A stretch of 64,000 bases of DNA from a virus: IMG/VR virus record IMGVR_UViG_3300047356_000838, positions 21,780-85,779 of that record, one strand, 5' to 3'. The notes beneath the pieces are model-generated. The model searched no databases, was not told the DNA's origin, and worked only from the letters and a program-made list of their open reading frames with translations. The number at the start of each line of letters is the position of its first letter. The first letter of the stretch is position 1. The position numbers and the translations under genes are program-made. This document shows, one piece after another, positions 30,001 through 40,200 of the stretch.

Positions 30001-33000
30001 CCATCTGTCTAACAACAATTTGTAAACTACTTGCAGGTGTGCTTGTAAATGTAATATCTGCACCACTGAGTGTAAAGTCTTTTGTAGGCAAATACACTTT
30101 GCCATTGCCATCCACAACGTTAAGTGCATTAAGATCAGTAGGGGTAAAGTCCAGTGTATATGTTGCAGCACCAGTTGTTGTAACAGTAAATGTTCTTTCA
30201 CTTGAAGAAACAAGATCAATCAGTGTGTACACATATATTTTATTATCGCCAGGCGCACCAATAAACAAATGTCTGCCATTGCCGCTCATTGCCATACTAA
30301 AACCAAATTTGTCACTAGTGCTTAGTCCACTTGGACGTATTGCTGGTCTGCGGTTAAATGTACCTGTGCTGTCTATGTAATAAGGGAAAGCAGCGCCTTT
30401 GCTACTTTCAGTATCAGGTGCACCAATAATAGCATAGTCTGTAGCAATTGCTAGACTTGCGCCAAAACTATCCAAACTGTCGCCAATGGTTGATGCAGAT
30501 ACATTTGTGCTTTCAATAAGTATGCCGCCTTCACTGCGAACATAAGGCACAACTGTACCACTTCCGTTATTAGGAGCACCAACAAGTGCTAGTGTACTTG
30601 CACTGTTAATAGCAATGCTATTACCATATAAATCATCTGCATTAATTGGACTTGCTGTTTTAACACCAGTGGTTGTCCATGGACGGGCATTTTGTAATAC
30701 TTGCCAATCGCCATCATTGTCTTTGTCAACCCAAACTAGTTCTTTACTGTCCCATCCACTTACAGGTGTATATGTGCTAAGATCACTTGGTTGTGCAAAA
30801 CGTACACTACTAAGTTTATACATTGGAATACGCACATCCTGTATGTCTGCTTCTGTAAGTGTGTCTACAACTGTAAACGTATTTGGACTACTAACTTCGT
30901 AAATTTTAGCAACTTTACCTATTGGCTGTGCTGCACGAACAATAACATAGTCATCTTTTACTAGTCCATGATTAACATCTGTGGTATAGATTAAGTATCC
31001 GTTGCCTGTGCTTTCAACACTAGTTACTGTGCTCAGTGTTTCATCAATGCGGCGCATGCCCCAGGTGTTTGTAGTATCAGTTGCAATCCAAATCTTTTTA
31101 CCTTTGCCTAGTTCGCCAATACGACTGCTTAGTGCCTCTAGTTCATCACCGTTGAACACTGTAAAGTCAACATCGTCTAGTCTTGCATAACCCGCACTGT
31201 CTAAATCATTCTTGGTAACGCTGTTAGCATCTCTTGTACCAAATACTTTGCCTGTGTAATCGTTAGGTGTTTTATAAAGATCTTTTTGTTTTACTTCATA
31301 ATGTCCCAAGGACGCATCACTTATTAGATCGCCATCAGCACGGAAGTGTATTATAGTTGGATTATTACTTGCTTGATCTTCTGGTATTATTGTTTCAATA
31401 ATTTGATTACTGTCAATACTGCCAAATTCACCAACACGGAACGCCCACTCTTCAAAGTAGTCAATGCTTTGATCTAGGTTAGTGAGCTCTGCATCAATAA
31501 GTTTGTTAATTGCAGCACCAGTGCCTTTTTGCTTTAGCATGCCCTGGTAGAACTTTACCTGACTGACATCATCCAGTCCTAGTCCTGCAAGGTAACTTTT
31601 TTCATTAAATCCAATAACACCTTTACCTAATTTGTCTGTACCATCTTCCAGATTTAGGTTATCCATTTCAAAGAAGTTTTTAAACTGCCCTGCTTTGTTT
31701 GCTAGGTTTTTAATAAGTCCAGTTGTCATATTATCAGCAATAGTCCAACTGTCGTAATCAAATGTGCTACTACCATCTACACTTGCTTTTGCTACATAAG
31801 TATTACTCTGATAACTTACAATATCACCCTTTTTGTAATCCTGATAGGTTTGCCAAACGTTAATCTTATCTTCATTGATAAAGAAACCAGGTGCATGCAG
31901 TGTGCCATTCCAATCGCCACTTTTTGCACCAATTAGTTTGAGTCTACTGTGTCTGTTGCCAAGCTCTGGCTGATATATAATATCATTAAAGATTGTTGTA
32001 TTGTTGAATACAAGAACATGTTCATGCTGTATAGGATCTAATTTAGCACTATACAGATTTGTATTTTCTGTATCAATTTTAATTTCAACAATGTTATCAT
32101 CTCTGCTTACATCATAGTACTTGGGATTAAGTATAGCATTGTTAGCATCTTTAAGTGCACCACCTTTTGTAATATCATCCACTGTGGCAAATGTTCTATT
32201 AAGCAACAATGTTTCATAAAAAGGACTTAGAACAATAACACTGCCCTCAGTCCATTGTTGTTGTGTCCAGAATGCAAACTCTCGTCCTGCAGTAACAAAA
32301 TCATTCTTATCGCCAGCACCTGTTGTACCATCGAACACAAAGCCACGACTTAGCAAATATCTCTGATATGCTACTAGGAAGTCAAAAACTTGTTGTCTGC
32401 TAGTAATAATTGTGCCATAGGGAATGTTAATTATTTTATTTTCAAAATCTTTGTATTCAAATAGTACTGTTTCGCCTACGCGAACTTCTCTGGGCTGATT
32501 TGCACTAACACTGGGTACAATTTTAAAGTAAGGATTTTCAATATCATAGCCCTGTATCTCATAGCCGCCGTTGCGCTGAATAATTTGCACACCACTGTAT
32601 ACCACACGCTCAAGTGGCAAACTCTTTTTAGTATACACACTTAGATCTTCGTCAGGTATAAAGATGTTTTCACTTTGGGCACTGGGAGTCACGCTCTCTG
32701 CAACAACTTTGAGGAACTTTTTATCTGAAAATCCTCCCATAGCATAGCACAGGTTAAGCTCTAGGTTGTTAATCTTTGTAATTTCATCATCAACACTGTA
32801 ACCGTTGAACCTAACATATTCATTAATAAATTGGTTATAACCTTCCACACGCTGTATACCACTTGCACCGTTGCTCTGACTGTGCATCTTAAAGTCTGCA
32901 ATACCTGGTCTGTAACTCTTGAACTTTTGTAATACTTGATCATACTGTGCATCTTTAGTAAACAAGTTAGTATCAAACATGAGTGTCCCATACTTTGCAG

Positions 33001-36000
33001 GTTTAATAGTTGCAGCAAGAATTTGTAGTACATAAGGATATTCACTGCTACGTTTCCATGCTGTTTCTGCTGGACTGCCATCACTGTATACCCAGCCGTC
33101 ATCTGCGTTTGCACTGGTTGCGTCTTGTACTAGGAAGTCTCTAGGAGCTCTTAAACCACCTTGTTCGTCAACAGGAATTATACTCAATAAATCAGGACGT
33201 TTACGTCTTGCAAGTTCAGTAAAGTTAATACCAGTTGCATCTGTGTACAATTTACCGTCACGCAGATCTTCCCAGAGTACAGTATTGCCTTGTGTGTATG
33301 GTGCTGCACCATAACGTGCATCCCACCAGTTTGGCTTATCACTAAGTCCTAGCATTTCCCATGGTGTAGTATGAGGTGTATCTGTATCATAGAACCAGCG
33401 ATACATACCACGCCATCCACCTGGAACTCTTGTTTTAGTAATTTTTTCAACACTGTTGCGGTAGTTCCAAGTAAAACCATTGTTAGTATCCACTGTCGTG
33501 TTTGGTGCTGTTTTAACTTTGTTGCGCAGTGCCCACTCACCGTAATAACTGCGAGTTATATTATTTGCTTCGCTAAAGTCACTTAGTGTACTACGGAAGA
33601 AGCCCGGTACAACTTCTGCATAATCAAACAGGTCTTTGTTATACTGTGTCTTGATGTTGTTGTAGATACGTTTTTCTAGTTCTAGTAGTACGTTGTCTCT
33701 GATATCGCCCCAGCCAATCCAGATACTGCCATCATGTCCTTCAACAACTGTTTTAGGAGTAGCATATGTTGAATCTGTAAAGATAGCAGGTGTAAACTTG
33801 TACCACAATCCCATTTTACTTGGTGTAGGTGGAACAAAACTACCGTTGGTTTCTGTGTATTCTACAATAGTAATTTTGTCATCTACACTTAATCCAATTG
33901 TTGCAATGCCTAGGTTATTACTAACAAGTATTACCTTTGCTTCCACTGTATCAAATGTATAATCCTGTCCTTCAACAAGAAGGTTAGCAGTGTTGGTGCT
34001 AGTTGGTGTATGATATACTAGTACTCCTTGATTACCAACACTAGTAAGATCAAATTGTGTGTTAAATTCAAATTCTGTTTCTGCAGCATCATCAATTGTG
34101 TATACTAGTTGTGACTTTTGATCTCCCCACGGAAGCATATCACTGTAGTAGAATGGGAACGCACTAGTTTTCTTTCCTGACATGTATAGTAGAATATCAT
34201 CAACACACTTGCTAGGATTTGTTAAATCTAAATCCAGTTTATTAATGTTATCAATAAATTTGTTTTTAAACTTTGTATATTCATTTTTTACATATTTTAT
34301 ACTTTCAATTGTATTTGCAGTTTCATTTGTCAACAAATACATAGGAAGTATCATACCAGCACTGTGCTGCAGTATGTTACCAGGATAGGCTCTGTAGTTT
34401 ACGTCACGGATATTACTTTTGCCAGGAGCAACACCAGTTAATGTTTTAACTTGTTGACTAATTTTAACAGTGTGGTTACGCAGTTGGCCAAGTGTAAGTG
34501 TGTCAAATGTTGCGTTACCTGCATTGTTCTGTAGATTGTCTGGCACTTCATAAAAACTGTTTGCTGCTTTTGTATTACTGAAAAACTTGATAGTTACTGT
34601 ATCATTCACAGCAAGTGCAGTTGTGAATACAACATATTCTCTGTCACCTTGGATAAGGTGCGTATACTCACTTGGATACTTAAATTTACCGTTTACAAAT
34701 ACCTGTAGTGGCTGTTTAATTTTAGTTGTGTCAACACTTGCACCAATTTCAAAACTATACAATTCACCGTTTACATCATAACTTACAATCTGATACTGAC
34801 TACTAGATTCAACTACTTTAGTCCAGCCATTGTACAATACTCTATTGCCTGCTATATCAAACTGATGCGCATGTCCACTGCGTACAATTACGTCTGTGTT
34901 ACCAGTGCTTTTTGTATACTGAAATTTGTCTCCATCAAAGTTATTATCAAAAACAATATCACCAATTGTACTAAAGTTTTTATAGGTTAAACCAAAGTTT
35001 AGAATTGTGTCTGGATTGTTGTTGTTATTACGTTTGTAACTAAACAACTTGCTACCAACAAAGTTGCTACTTGGATACTTTGTTTGATCACTAAAACTTG
35101 TATGGTCTGGATCAAAGATGTCAAACAACGGATCCTGATTTAATCCAGTCTTTTGTTGTGCTGTTTTCCATGTTGTTCCATCTAACCAGAACTGTTTTCC
35201 TTGGTTAATTGCACCCAATGAACTAAGCACTGCATTTCCATCAACTACTGTGCCAACTTCTACCAAGTTTATAATTTCACTAGTAGTTGCATCACTGTCC
35301 TGGTTAATTAAGTCTACACGATAAATCTTTGTTTTAACATTTTCATCAGTGTCTGCACTAAAGATTATTGTGTTATCCTGCTGCAAATCAATACCATCTG
35401 CAAAGTAACCTGCTGTGCCGTTAACGTTGCTAAGTGCATCTGTCTGTGATGTATCAACAACACTAACTGGAGCAACATTGCTTTTACCCATGTTAAACAA
35501 TTCAAGTCCACTATGAAATTCTATAATAGGACGCTTTGCTCTAGCAGTATCATCTACGTCTGCAGTGTAGTTGTTGTAAGTTGCTGTTGCTTCAATGACT
35601 TCTCTATGGAACCAACGATTGCCTCTACTCCATGCATTTCTATCTGGGCTACTACGGTTTATGACAATATAGTCTTGGTCCAGGGGTGCATTAATTGTTC
35701 CGTCCCAACCACCTGCATCATATCCTACTGTATCAAAGCCATCACTTGAACTATTAGTATAGGTTTCTGGCGTAAGCATCTCATCCACTGGTGTAAGTGT
35801 TATGCCACCAGGTTGTCCTACGCCTTCAACAAAATATTCTCTGTCTGCATAAGTGCTTGGTGTAATGTCGCTGTTAAATTGAACTTTAAGTCCGTTGGTA
35901 AATTTAACGCCATTGGCACTAGTATATGTTAGTTTTCCCTGTATATCATTTGCAACATCAATTGCTGGCACTGCATTTATATCAACTAGTTGTATTTTAC

Positions 36001-37234
36001 CAAACTGGTTTGCATTGACGCCATCCTGGTAATAGAGTATGTCTAGTCCAGCAGTATATGGCTCAATAATTTCAGGCAAGCCGCTGGCATCTTTAAAGAA
36101 CTCTCTGTTACCATATTTGTTGCCCTGTTTAATTTTAACTTTTTGACCAGTGGGCCAGTTTGCACTTCTAGTCAGTTGAATTGTATCTATACCGCCAATG
36201 TTATTAACTGCAATGTTGTATACGTCATAGCGTGTTTCAATAGGAAGTGTTGTTGTTTCATCAAATGGATTATCTGGATCATCAAATCCATACACATCAA
36301 ACAGTGCGCCTTGATCCCATGCTGTTTCATCAGTGGTAAGGTTAACAAATACTAGACTTTTACCGTCAATTTCTGTTTGTACATCAATGCCACCATGTTC
36401 GTCAATCAGTGTTTGTAGTGGCACATTATGAATTTGGTTGTATGCAAGTTCAGTAGCAAAGTCTGGATTTGCTGCTTGTGTAGCATTAATTTTATCGTTT
36501 TGCGCATCTGTTCTTGGAACATTAAATGTAATTGTCCCATTGTCATCGCCGTTATTCGTAATACCAAGTATCTCTCTTGTGCTTACGTTACTACCATAAC
36601 TGCTAATACCACTGGTACCGATTTCAGTTTGAATCCAGAATGGTGTGCCAGTTTGCTGAACTTGGAAAGTATAACTGCCCCCTCTTGCAAGAGTAATAGT
36701 TGGATTAGCATTATCACTTCCGTCAATACTATATTCTTCAACGCTTGCTACTGTGCGACGTGTTACTGTAAAGTCCTTTTCTGCATCAACAAGACTGTTA
36801 AACACTTGCACACTGTCAGGTCCTGCAGGGAACCAGAAGTATTCACCATAGTTAACAAGTTTATCTAGGTCAACAAATCCACTGTAGTTGTAGTATTCCT
36901 GATCAAACAAATCACTGTGTGTATTAACATTAACATTGTTATATTTTAGACTATTAACAAAATCAACGTAACCGGTCAGACTTTCAATCTGCTTATTAGG
37001 ACTGCGATATACCACTGCAGGCTCTAACTGATAATTTTGTCTGTCATCATTGATTTCATTGATGTAGCCATCACCAACTGAGAAGTTAGGACTAAACTTA
37101 CGTCCAATAAAACTATTGACACGCTGTAAATTAGGTTCACTAATTAACTGGTCAACTGTTGCATTAAGAAACTTGTTGTTCTTTGTTGTCTGAAAAATAT
37201 CAGGTAATAGTACTGAACTTTTACGAAGTGCCAT
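24026..37234 (-). CDS. Giant 4402-aa virion structural protein (baseplate wedge/gp7-position, FG-GAP beta-propeller repeats)
   Basis: Directly downstream of the gp6-like gene; FG.S.A...VGAP repeats; many beta-sandwich repeats. Confidence 0.75.
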   Translation of the reverse strand: MALRKSSVLLPDIFQTTKNNKFLNATVDQLISEPNLQRVNSFIGRKFSPNFSVGDGYINEINDDRQNYQLEPAVVYRSPNKQIESLTGYVDFVNSLKYNNVNVNTHSDLFDQEYYNYSGFVDLDKLVNYGEYFWFPAGPDSVQVFNSLVDAEKDFTVTRRTVASVEEYSIDGSDNANPTITLARGGSYTFQVQQTGTPFWIQTEIGTSGISSYGSNVSTREILGITNNGDDNGTITFNVPRTDAQNDKINATQAANPDFATELAYNQIHNVPLQTLIDEHGGIDVQTEIDGKSLVFVNLTTDETAWDQGALFDVYGFDDPDNPFDETTTLPIETRYDVYNIAVNNIGGIDTIQLTRSANWPTGQKVKIKQGNKYGNREFFKDASGLPEIIEPYTAGLDILYYQDGVNANQFGKIQLVDINAVPAIDVANDIQGKLTYTSANGVKFTNGLKVQFNSDITPSTYADREYFVEGVGQPGGITLTPVDEMLTPETYTNSSSDGFDTVGYDAGGWDGTINAPLDQDYIVINRSSPDRNAWSRGNRWFHREVIEATATYNNYTADVDDTARAKRPIIEFHSGLELFNMGKSNVAPVSVVDTSQTDALSNVNGTAGYFADGIDLQQDNTIIFSADTDENVKTKIYRVDLINQDSDATTSEIINLVEVGTVVDGNAVLSSLGAINQGKQFWLDGTTWKTAQQKTGLNQDPLFDIFDPDHTSFSDQTKYPSSNFVGSKLFSYKRNNNNNPDTILNFGLTYKNFSTIGDIVFDNNFDGDKFQYTKSTGNTDVIVRSGHAHQFDIAGNRVLYNGWTKVVESSSQYQIVSYDVNGELYSFEIGASVDTTKIKQPLQVFVNGKFKYPSEYTHLIQGDREYVVFTTALAVNDTVTIKFFSNTKAANSFYEVPDNLQNNAGNATFDTLTLGQLRNHTVKISQQVKTLTGVAPGKSNIRDVNYRAYPGNILQHSAGMILPMYLLTNETANTIESIKYVKNEYTKFKNKFIDNINKLDLDLTNPSKCVDDILLYMSGKKTSAFPFYYSDMLPWGDQKSQLVYTIDDAAETEFEFNTQFDLTSVGNQGVLVYHTPTSTNTANLLVEGQDYTFDTVEAKVILVSNNLGIATIGLSVDDKITIVEYTETNGSFVPPTPSKMGLWYKFTPAIFTDSTYATPKTVVEGHDGSIWIGWGDIRDNVLLELEKRIYNNIKTQYNKDLFDYAEVVPGFFRSTLSDFSEANNITRSYYGEWALRNKVKTAPNTTVDTNNGFTWNYRNSVEKITKTRVPGGWRGMYRWFYDTDTPHTTPWEMLGLSDKPNWWDARYGAAPYTQGNTVLWEDLRDGKLYTDATGINFTELARRKRPDLLSIIPVDEQGGLRAPRDFLVQDATSANADDGWVYSDGSPAETAWKRSSEYPYVLQILAATIKPAKYGTLMFDTNLFTKDAQYDQVLQKFKSYRPGIADFKMHSQSNGASGIQRVEGYNQFINEYVRFNGYSVDDEITKINNLELNLCYAMGGFSDKKFLKVVAESVTPSAQSENIFIPDEDLSVYTKKSLPLERVVYSGVQIIQRNGGYEIQGYDIENPYFKIVPSVSANQPREVRVGETVLFEYKDFENKIINIPYGTIITSRQQVFDFLVAYQRYLLSRGFVFDGTTGAGDKNDFVTAGREFAFWTQQQWTEGSVIVLSPFYETLLLNRTFATVDDITKGGALKDANNAILNPKYYDVSRDDNIVEIKIDTENTNLYSAKLDPIQHEHVLVFNNTTIFNDIIYQPELGNRHSRLKLIGAKSGDWNGTLHAPGFFINEDKINVWQTYQDYKKGDIVSYQSNTYVAKASVDGSSTFDYDSWTIADNMTTGLIKNLANKAGQFKNFFEMDNLNLEDGTDKLGKGVIGFNEKSYLAGLGLDDVSQVKFYQGMLKQKGTGAAINKLIDAELTNLDQSIDYFEEWAFRVGEFGSIDSNQIIETIIPEDQASNNPTIIHFRADGDLISDASLGHYEVKQKDLYKTPNDYTGKVFGTRDANSVTKNDLDSAGYARLDDVDFTVFNGDELEALSSRIGELGKGKKIWIATDTTNTWGMRRIDETLSTVTSVESTGNGYLIYTTDVNHGLVKDDYVIVRAAQPIGKVAKIYEVSSPNTFTVVDTLTEADIQDVRIPMYKLSSVRFAQPSDLSTYTPVSGWDSKELVWVDKDNDGDWQVLQNARPWTTTGVKTASPINADDLYGNSIAINSASTLALVGAPNNGSGTVVPYVRSEGGILIESTNVSASTIGDSLDSFGASLAIATDYAIIGAPDTESSKGAAFPYYIDSTGTFNRRPAIRPSGLSTSDKFGFSMAMSGNGRHLFIGAPGDNKIYVYTLIDLVSSSERTFTVTTTGAATYTLDFTPTDLNALNVVDGNGKVYLPTKDFTLSGADITFTSTPASSLQIVVRQMDYFKEIGNYTAGSGDFGHSIDCDYLGKRVIVGAPAATISAKANSGEAYLYAQYVEKFIADGTVKSFTTTNTLQTKIYVEVNGELQIETNNADVPVDNDGSTEGFYTRSSKTITFKFAPAAGDVIEVYTGTFTQMQQIDQVDLDDETNGNEQFGISVGIDTKGSIIAIGSPGEDETNPNTGSVFILQDAGKNYASVTSKEGSSYSVTSGHTLFIDDREVTVSSSSTDPADLAADIVAANIPGVSASKNSDDQLVITSTNTELYNKLSVMPGTGTSFQSGAIVDPFKLTQKINHPQAFENENFGEKVAFDKHVHNSASAYSDTRNLVIASDKASTLLPTGFDIETNTNSEDYLSATTVFDASGTTFTDRRTQSGAVYVFELLNPNTPDLADPSKMVFGQQLKSTNILELDKFGSAIAYNDNRVFVGAPNDTTNFANSGSVYEFNNNTRAGSWNTLRSEGTRVDVSQINRVALYNKKAGEVSVFLDYIDPAKGKIAGVAAAELSYVSHADPAMYNNLWNYKYKNRLWWDTSTVHYLNAEQGNLDFRQNYWAQAFPGSSIDVYEWIESSTPPSQYTGEGVVKDPTKFNIANVYDSTTDSTQPRYYFWVKDILSVPVEAAFRNISADSVRSLIQDPKGAGLPHIAFLDTNAVALFNCKQYFADKDTVLSINYDVVKNEGVLHSEYELYGRGNTDQAIPARMYTKLVDSLAGSDSVGNSVPDPFLSEVEKYGVLTQPRQGMFVNRAAALKVLTQYTNSVLVKAPFARNSNLTKLLSSENIPTVNSGEYNTSVDSSQERDFLNTAILSTGYKVLVLEDENQSNYWTIYTLQADKSWLLSNIQGYNTSDYWDYATYYATGYDATTVPAYQVTLEADLLTLTSAVTGDIAKVTSNDEGNFSMFAKTDTGWDEVIIERGTLQFNASLYSFATTNSNFEATGFDNDGFDFAAFDKVPAQEIRQIIEALKNDVFIGDYEINMNELFFRLMEYALNESNFSPDWMFKTSFITVAHKIRSLDQYNTFKFDNTDFIEDFINEVKPYKTKIREYVSKYDKLDLYGSDTTDFDLHAYYDETQGYFRKPSGEFSGDEILQTQGLNKPWSENYGYKLDSIQIVNAGTGYITDPTITISAPQLAGGVQAVATAKTNGDTIISITMTNKGSGYTQEPTITVTGSGTGILVSPRLVNTTIRSFDTTIKFDRTTYTSIVKDWTANTAYTAGDVVAYQNTATLTQEVYDVALSFTSGSTFSVENTSGNTVLTVKLDADFTNTADRIAAYYYPTAGMIGDDLELLQKGTGYLGNNVTGAGFDQDPGFDSGNFDVVAFDNFEIDSDGLAVLAGLDTTVTSLFTDLELGTRPEDINIDGAGFVDTYSSHAPEELVPGRVYDTLDMEVYTHASNDFEKDGNAMEVRYVSFTDTTGAVTEFQWGRTDKSADDYNTLIVYKNSVRQYNFTTNFATKTITISSPLGASDILHVYAYGQTGEKMIGEFTFEGDGTQKLFILANDPDNVKQSIVFVDGVETSPVFEAAEGNTTMTFATAPAANAQIHVFTFNQATSRDAPTKYKLQTTTLTAGTQTYSLDNTVNYAQPLSANTIVEIDGVRLRPVNSKYHTGDGSTTQFNISTTAGETTIVNPGDIGVAVIQQSTETTLNAVRNIDYTVTAGDAFITMLTAPADGDKVIVYNRSEAEYTISADGTEITIDGSVSFTSSSTMRVNTFANHDPLRIQTKVFKGQGTGSTTVIDEFDDVAFDSAGFDRSVVSGTVGTYDLDRTVTNVNNFWVTVDGIRLHPGDYITNGASIVMSNNIQATIGGASIVVITHISENAIKPSTGFRIFQDMNGNVEYLRMCKDATTEIAADVLLTDTKIYVNDASVLPQVSADSEYPGVVFIGGERVTYWEIDNTDNYITNLRRGTKGTAILNRIVPGFLVVDGSKDQYLPATDTHTKTWYDLGTGVAADGLGLQQSSTTNANFLKACEAQVPNYRAELNAAEYMVDGYVEDDYVERLF

Positions 37235-40200
37235 TAGTAACCATATCCTCCGCCGCCGCCGCCGGATCCACCGCTACCGCCTGATCCGCTACTGCCGCTT
37301 GAACTGCTACTACTACTTGAACTTGTGGTGGTAGTTGTAACTGTGTTTGTTGCTGTATTTACTGCAGTGCTGGAACTGTTTGCACTGGCACTTTCTGCTG
37401 CAAGATTTGTTGTAGTTGTATTGACAACATTACCGCTTGCTTGTAAACTGTTTGCAGTGATGACGTCAATAACTTCAATGTCATTTACTGTTGCACTACT
37501 AATTAAAATTTCGTCTCTCTGACTCTGTATTTGGAATAAACTACCAAAGTTGCTGGTTGCTAGTTTAGGTACAATTACAACACTAAGCACATCTGGACTT
37601 AGCACACTGTACAAGTATGCTGCTAGTTCACTAAAGAAGAAACTATCACCAAAGTCCCAGTTTTGTATTGCAAAATATTCGTTGATTCCAGCAACAACAC
37701 GTTCTTTAATTTCACTGTCGCTTACAAGTGTGCTATTGTTCTTAACTACTTTAAATGTTGCTTGCAATTCTTCATCTGCCTTGTCACCAAATAGTGGTCT
37801 GTAACTAACACTGTTAAAAATAATAGTATCACTTACACTTTTGTACTGCTCTAAACTACCAAATTGCTCACGCAGTTCATTTGTAGTTGGTTTTACAGGC
37901 TTGACTATGCTTCCTGTGATATCCGTAACATAGTTTCTATAATCTGCGTCATACTGACTTGTAAGCAAAAACAAATCTACAATGTTGCTTGGGCTTGGAT
38001 CAATACGTCTGTTGTTTGGACTGTTATGTGTATACTGGAACAGCAAGTCACTGCGTCCTGTGCGTTTGATATAGTCAGTGGTTAGTGCTATGCTTTTAAC
38101 ATTGGCGCCATCAATACTTAGAATATAAAATTTATCATCTGTGCCTGCATAGAATATTTGTCCGCTAGTAAACTGTCCAATTACTTCATTTATTGAACTA
38201 CGGGTAGCATAACGTTGCTCTACACTGGTACTTGCAACAGGTGTGTAAGTTAAGTATCCGCCACTGCTTATACTTGTCTGATAAAACACAACCTTTGTTG
38301 ATGCATTTGTAAGTGGAGCAACAACAATGTCAAAAACTTCTGGATTGTCAACAACACCGTCGCTGTCAATATCAGGGAATGTAACTTTAATTCTGTTTGT
38401 TAGTGTATAGCCATCTGTTTCTGTGATAACATCATCAATTTGCATTGCATAGTCAACTGCCAAACTGCTTACACTATCAGGCAATGCGTTAACTTTAAGA
38501 ATGTTTATCTTATCCTTAATAGTTTTGCCTGTGCGTGGATCAAAGATTTTTAAATCATTGTCAAAGTAAAAGCGTGTTTCTAATTTACTTTCAAACACAT
38601 AACTTGTGCTGCGGAAGTTAACTGTATAAGTTGAGCCATCATTGGTAAATTTAAAGAACCAACTAGCATCCAAGTTTGTATTGCTTGTATTTCCTGTGTA
38701 GTCTAAACTAAATGTGTTTGTAGTATTAAGATCCAGTGCATTAATAATTGCCCATGCTTGTGTATCTCTGTCATAGCGCAATCCAAAAGTTTTAAAATCT
38801 CCGATTGCTTGAATAATATCGTTTCTTACTGATGCTGTGATTGCAGTGTTCCATGGAGCAATAACTTGATCCAATACTGCATCCTGTGGAATAACTTCAC
38901 TAAGTGAGACTGGTCCAATGCCTGTTTCCAAATTACCCACACCCTGATTAGTTCCATCTGTTACAACTTCGCTAATACTAGCCCAGATATAATCACGAGT
39001 ATTAATTGTTCCACTAGTGCCTGTAATAAGGTTGTTGTTTACATCAAATACTTTACCACTTGGTGCAGTAAACTTTAACAATGCGCCAACTTTTGCAAAT
39101 TTTAAATTACTGGTTGCAAAACTGCCAATTTTAAGAGGACTGTCAACACTGTTTTTAAAATAGCCTGTGACTGTACCACTGCTGGTTGTTGCCAGATTCC
39201 AACTAGCACTAAGTCCTGTTACATCAATACCTCCATAGTTTTTGAGATAATAATGCAAACTTTCATTCTTAAGGATGTTTTTTTCAACTTGCTGGCTTAT
39301 AGTATTACTAATGTCACTGTCAGTTATAAACGTAAACTGGAACTGTTGCAGATCCTCTGTGCGATAAAAAATTCCATCCTCGGCAACAATGTTTGTGCTG
39401 CTATACTTGCCTGTTGTGTCACGCACATCCAAATAACGACTGATGCCACTTGCAGTTCTGTTAATTGCTTTTGACTTTAATACATTACTAAATTTAGTGT
39501 AAGGAAGGATCTGATAATCCTCACCTGTAATCATACGATCCTGTGTGTAATACTGTTGCTGTGCTTTTAGTTTTACATCACGCAAGTTTTCTCTTGCACT
39601 AGCATTTGCTATTGTGCTTTGTAAACTCAGAGTGACTGTAAGGTTTTCAATTTGATTGCTGTGACTTACATAAGGTATAGCAATTTGCAAGTTTTGCATT
39701 TCATCAGGACTAATTTTATATGTAGTGCCTGCTCCAGTGCGGAAGTAAACACGGAAGTTGCCTGTTGGAATGTTTGAGAAAACATCATCACCAAATACTA
39801 GACTAATTTGATCATTTGCGCGACTGCGCACTGTGAATAAGTTTTTGTTGTTAGCACTTAAACTGTTATAGATAACATTGTTGCCACTAATTGCTGGCAC
39901 TTTTTCCCAGCGTGTGGTTTCTCTGCCAGAATCATCTAATTGATATAACCAAACATCATTGTTGTCAACATTGTTAACGTCAAGTTCCACTGTGCGGTTA
40001 GGAAGTTTTTCACCAATAGTAAAGTCTGCACTCTGCAAGTTGCCCTGTTTAAAGTAAAAGAAAAATCCGCTGTTAGCACTGCTAAACCCTCTGTTATCAT
40101 TACGATAAAGTATGTTTGTTGTGCTACTGGGCTGTGGTGCTACTTCATACAAATAGTCTGTGCCACTGTAAGTGCCTTTGACTAATTCAAAGTCTAGGTT

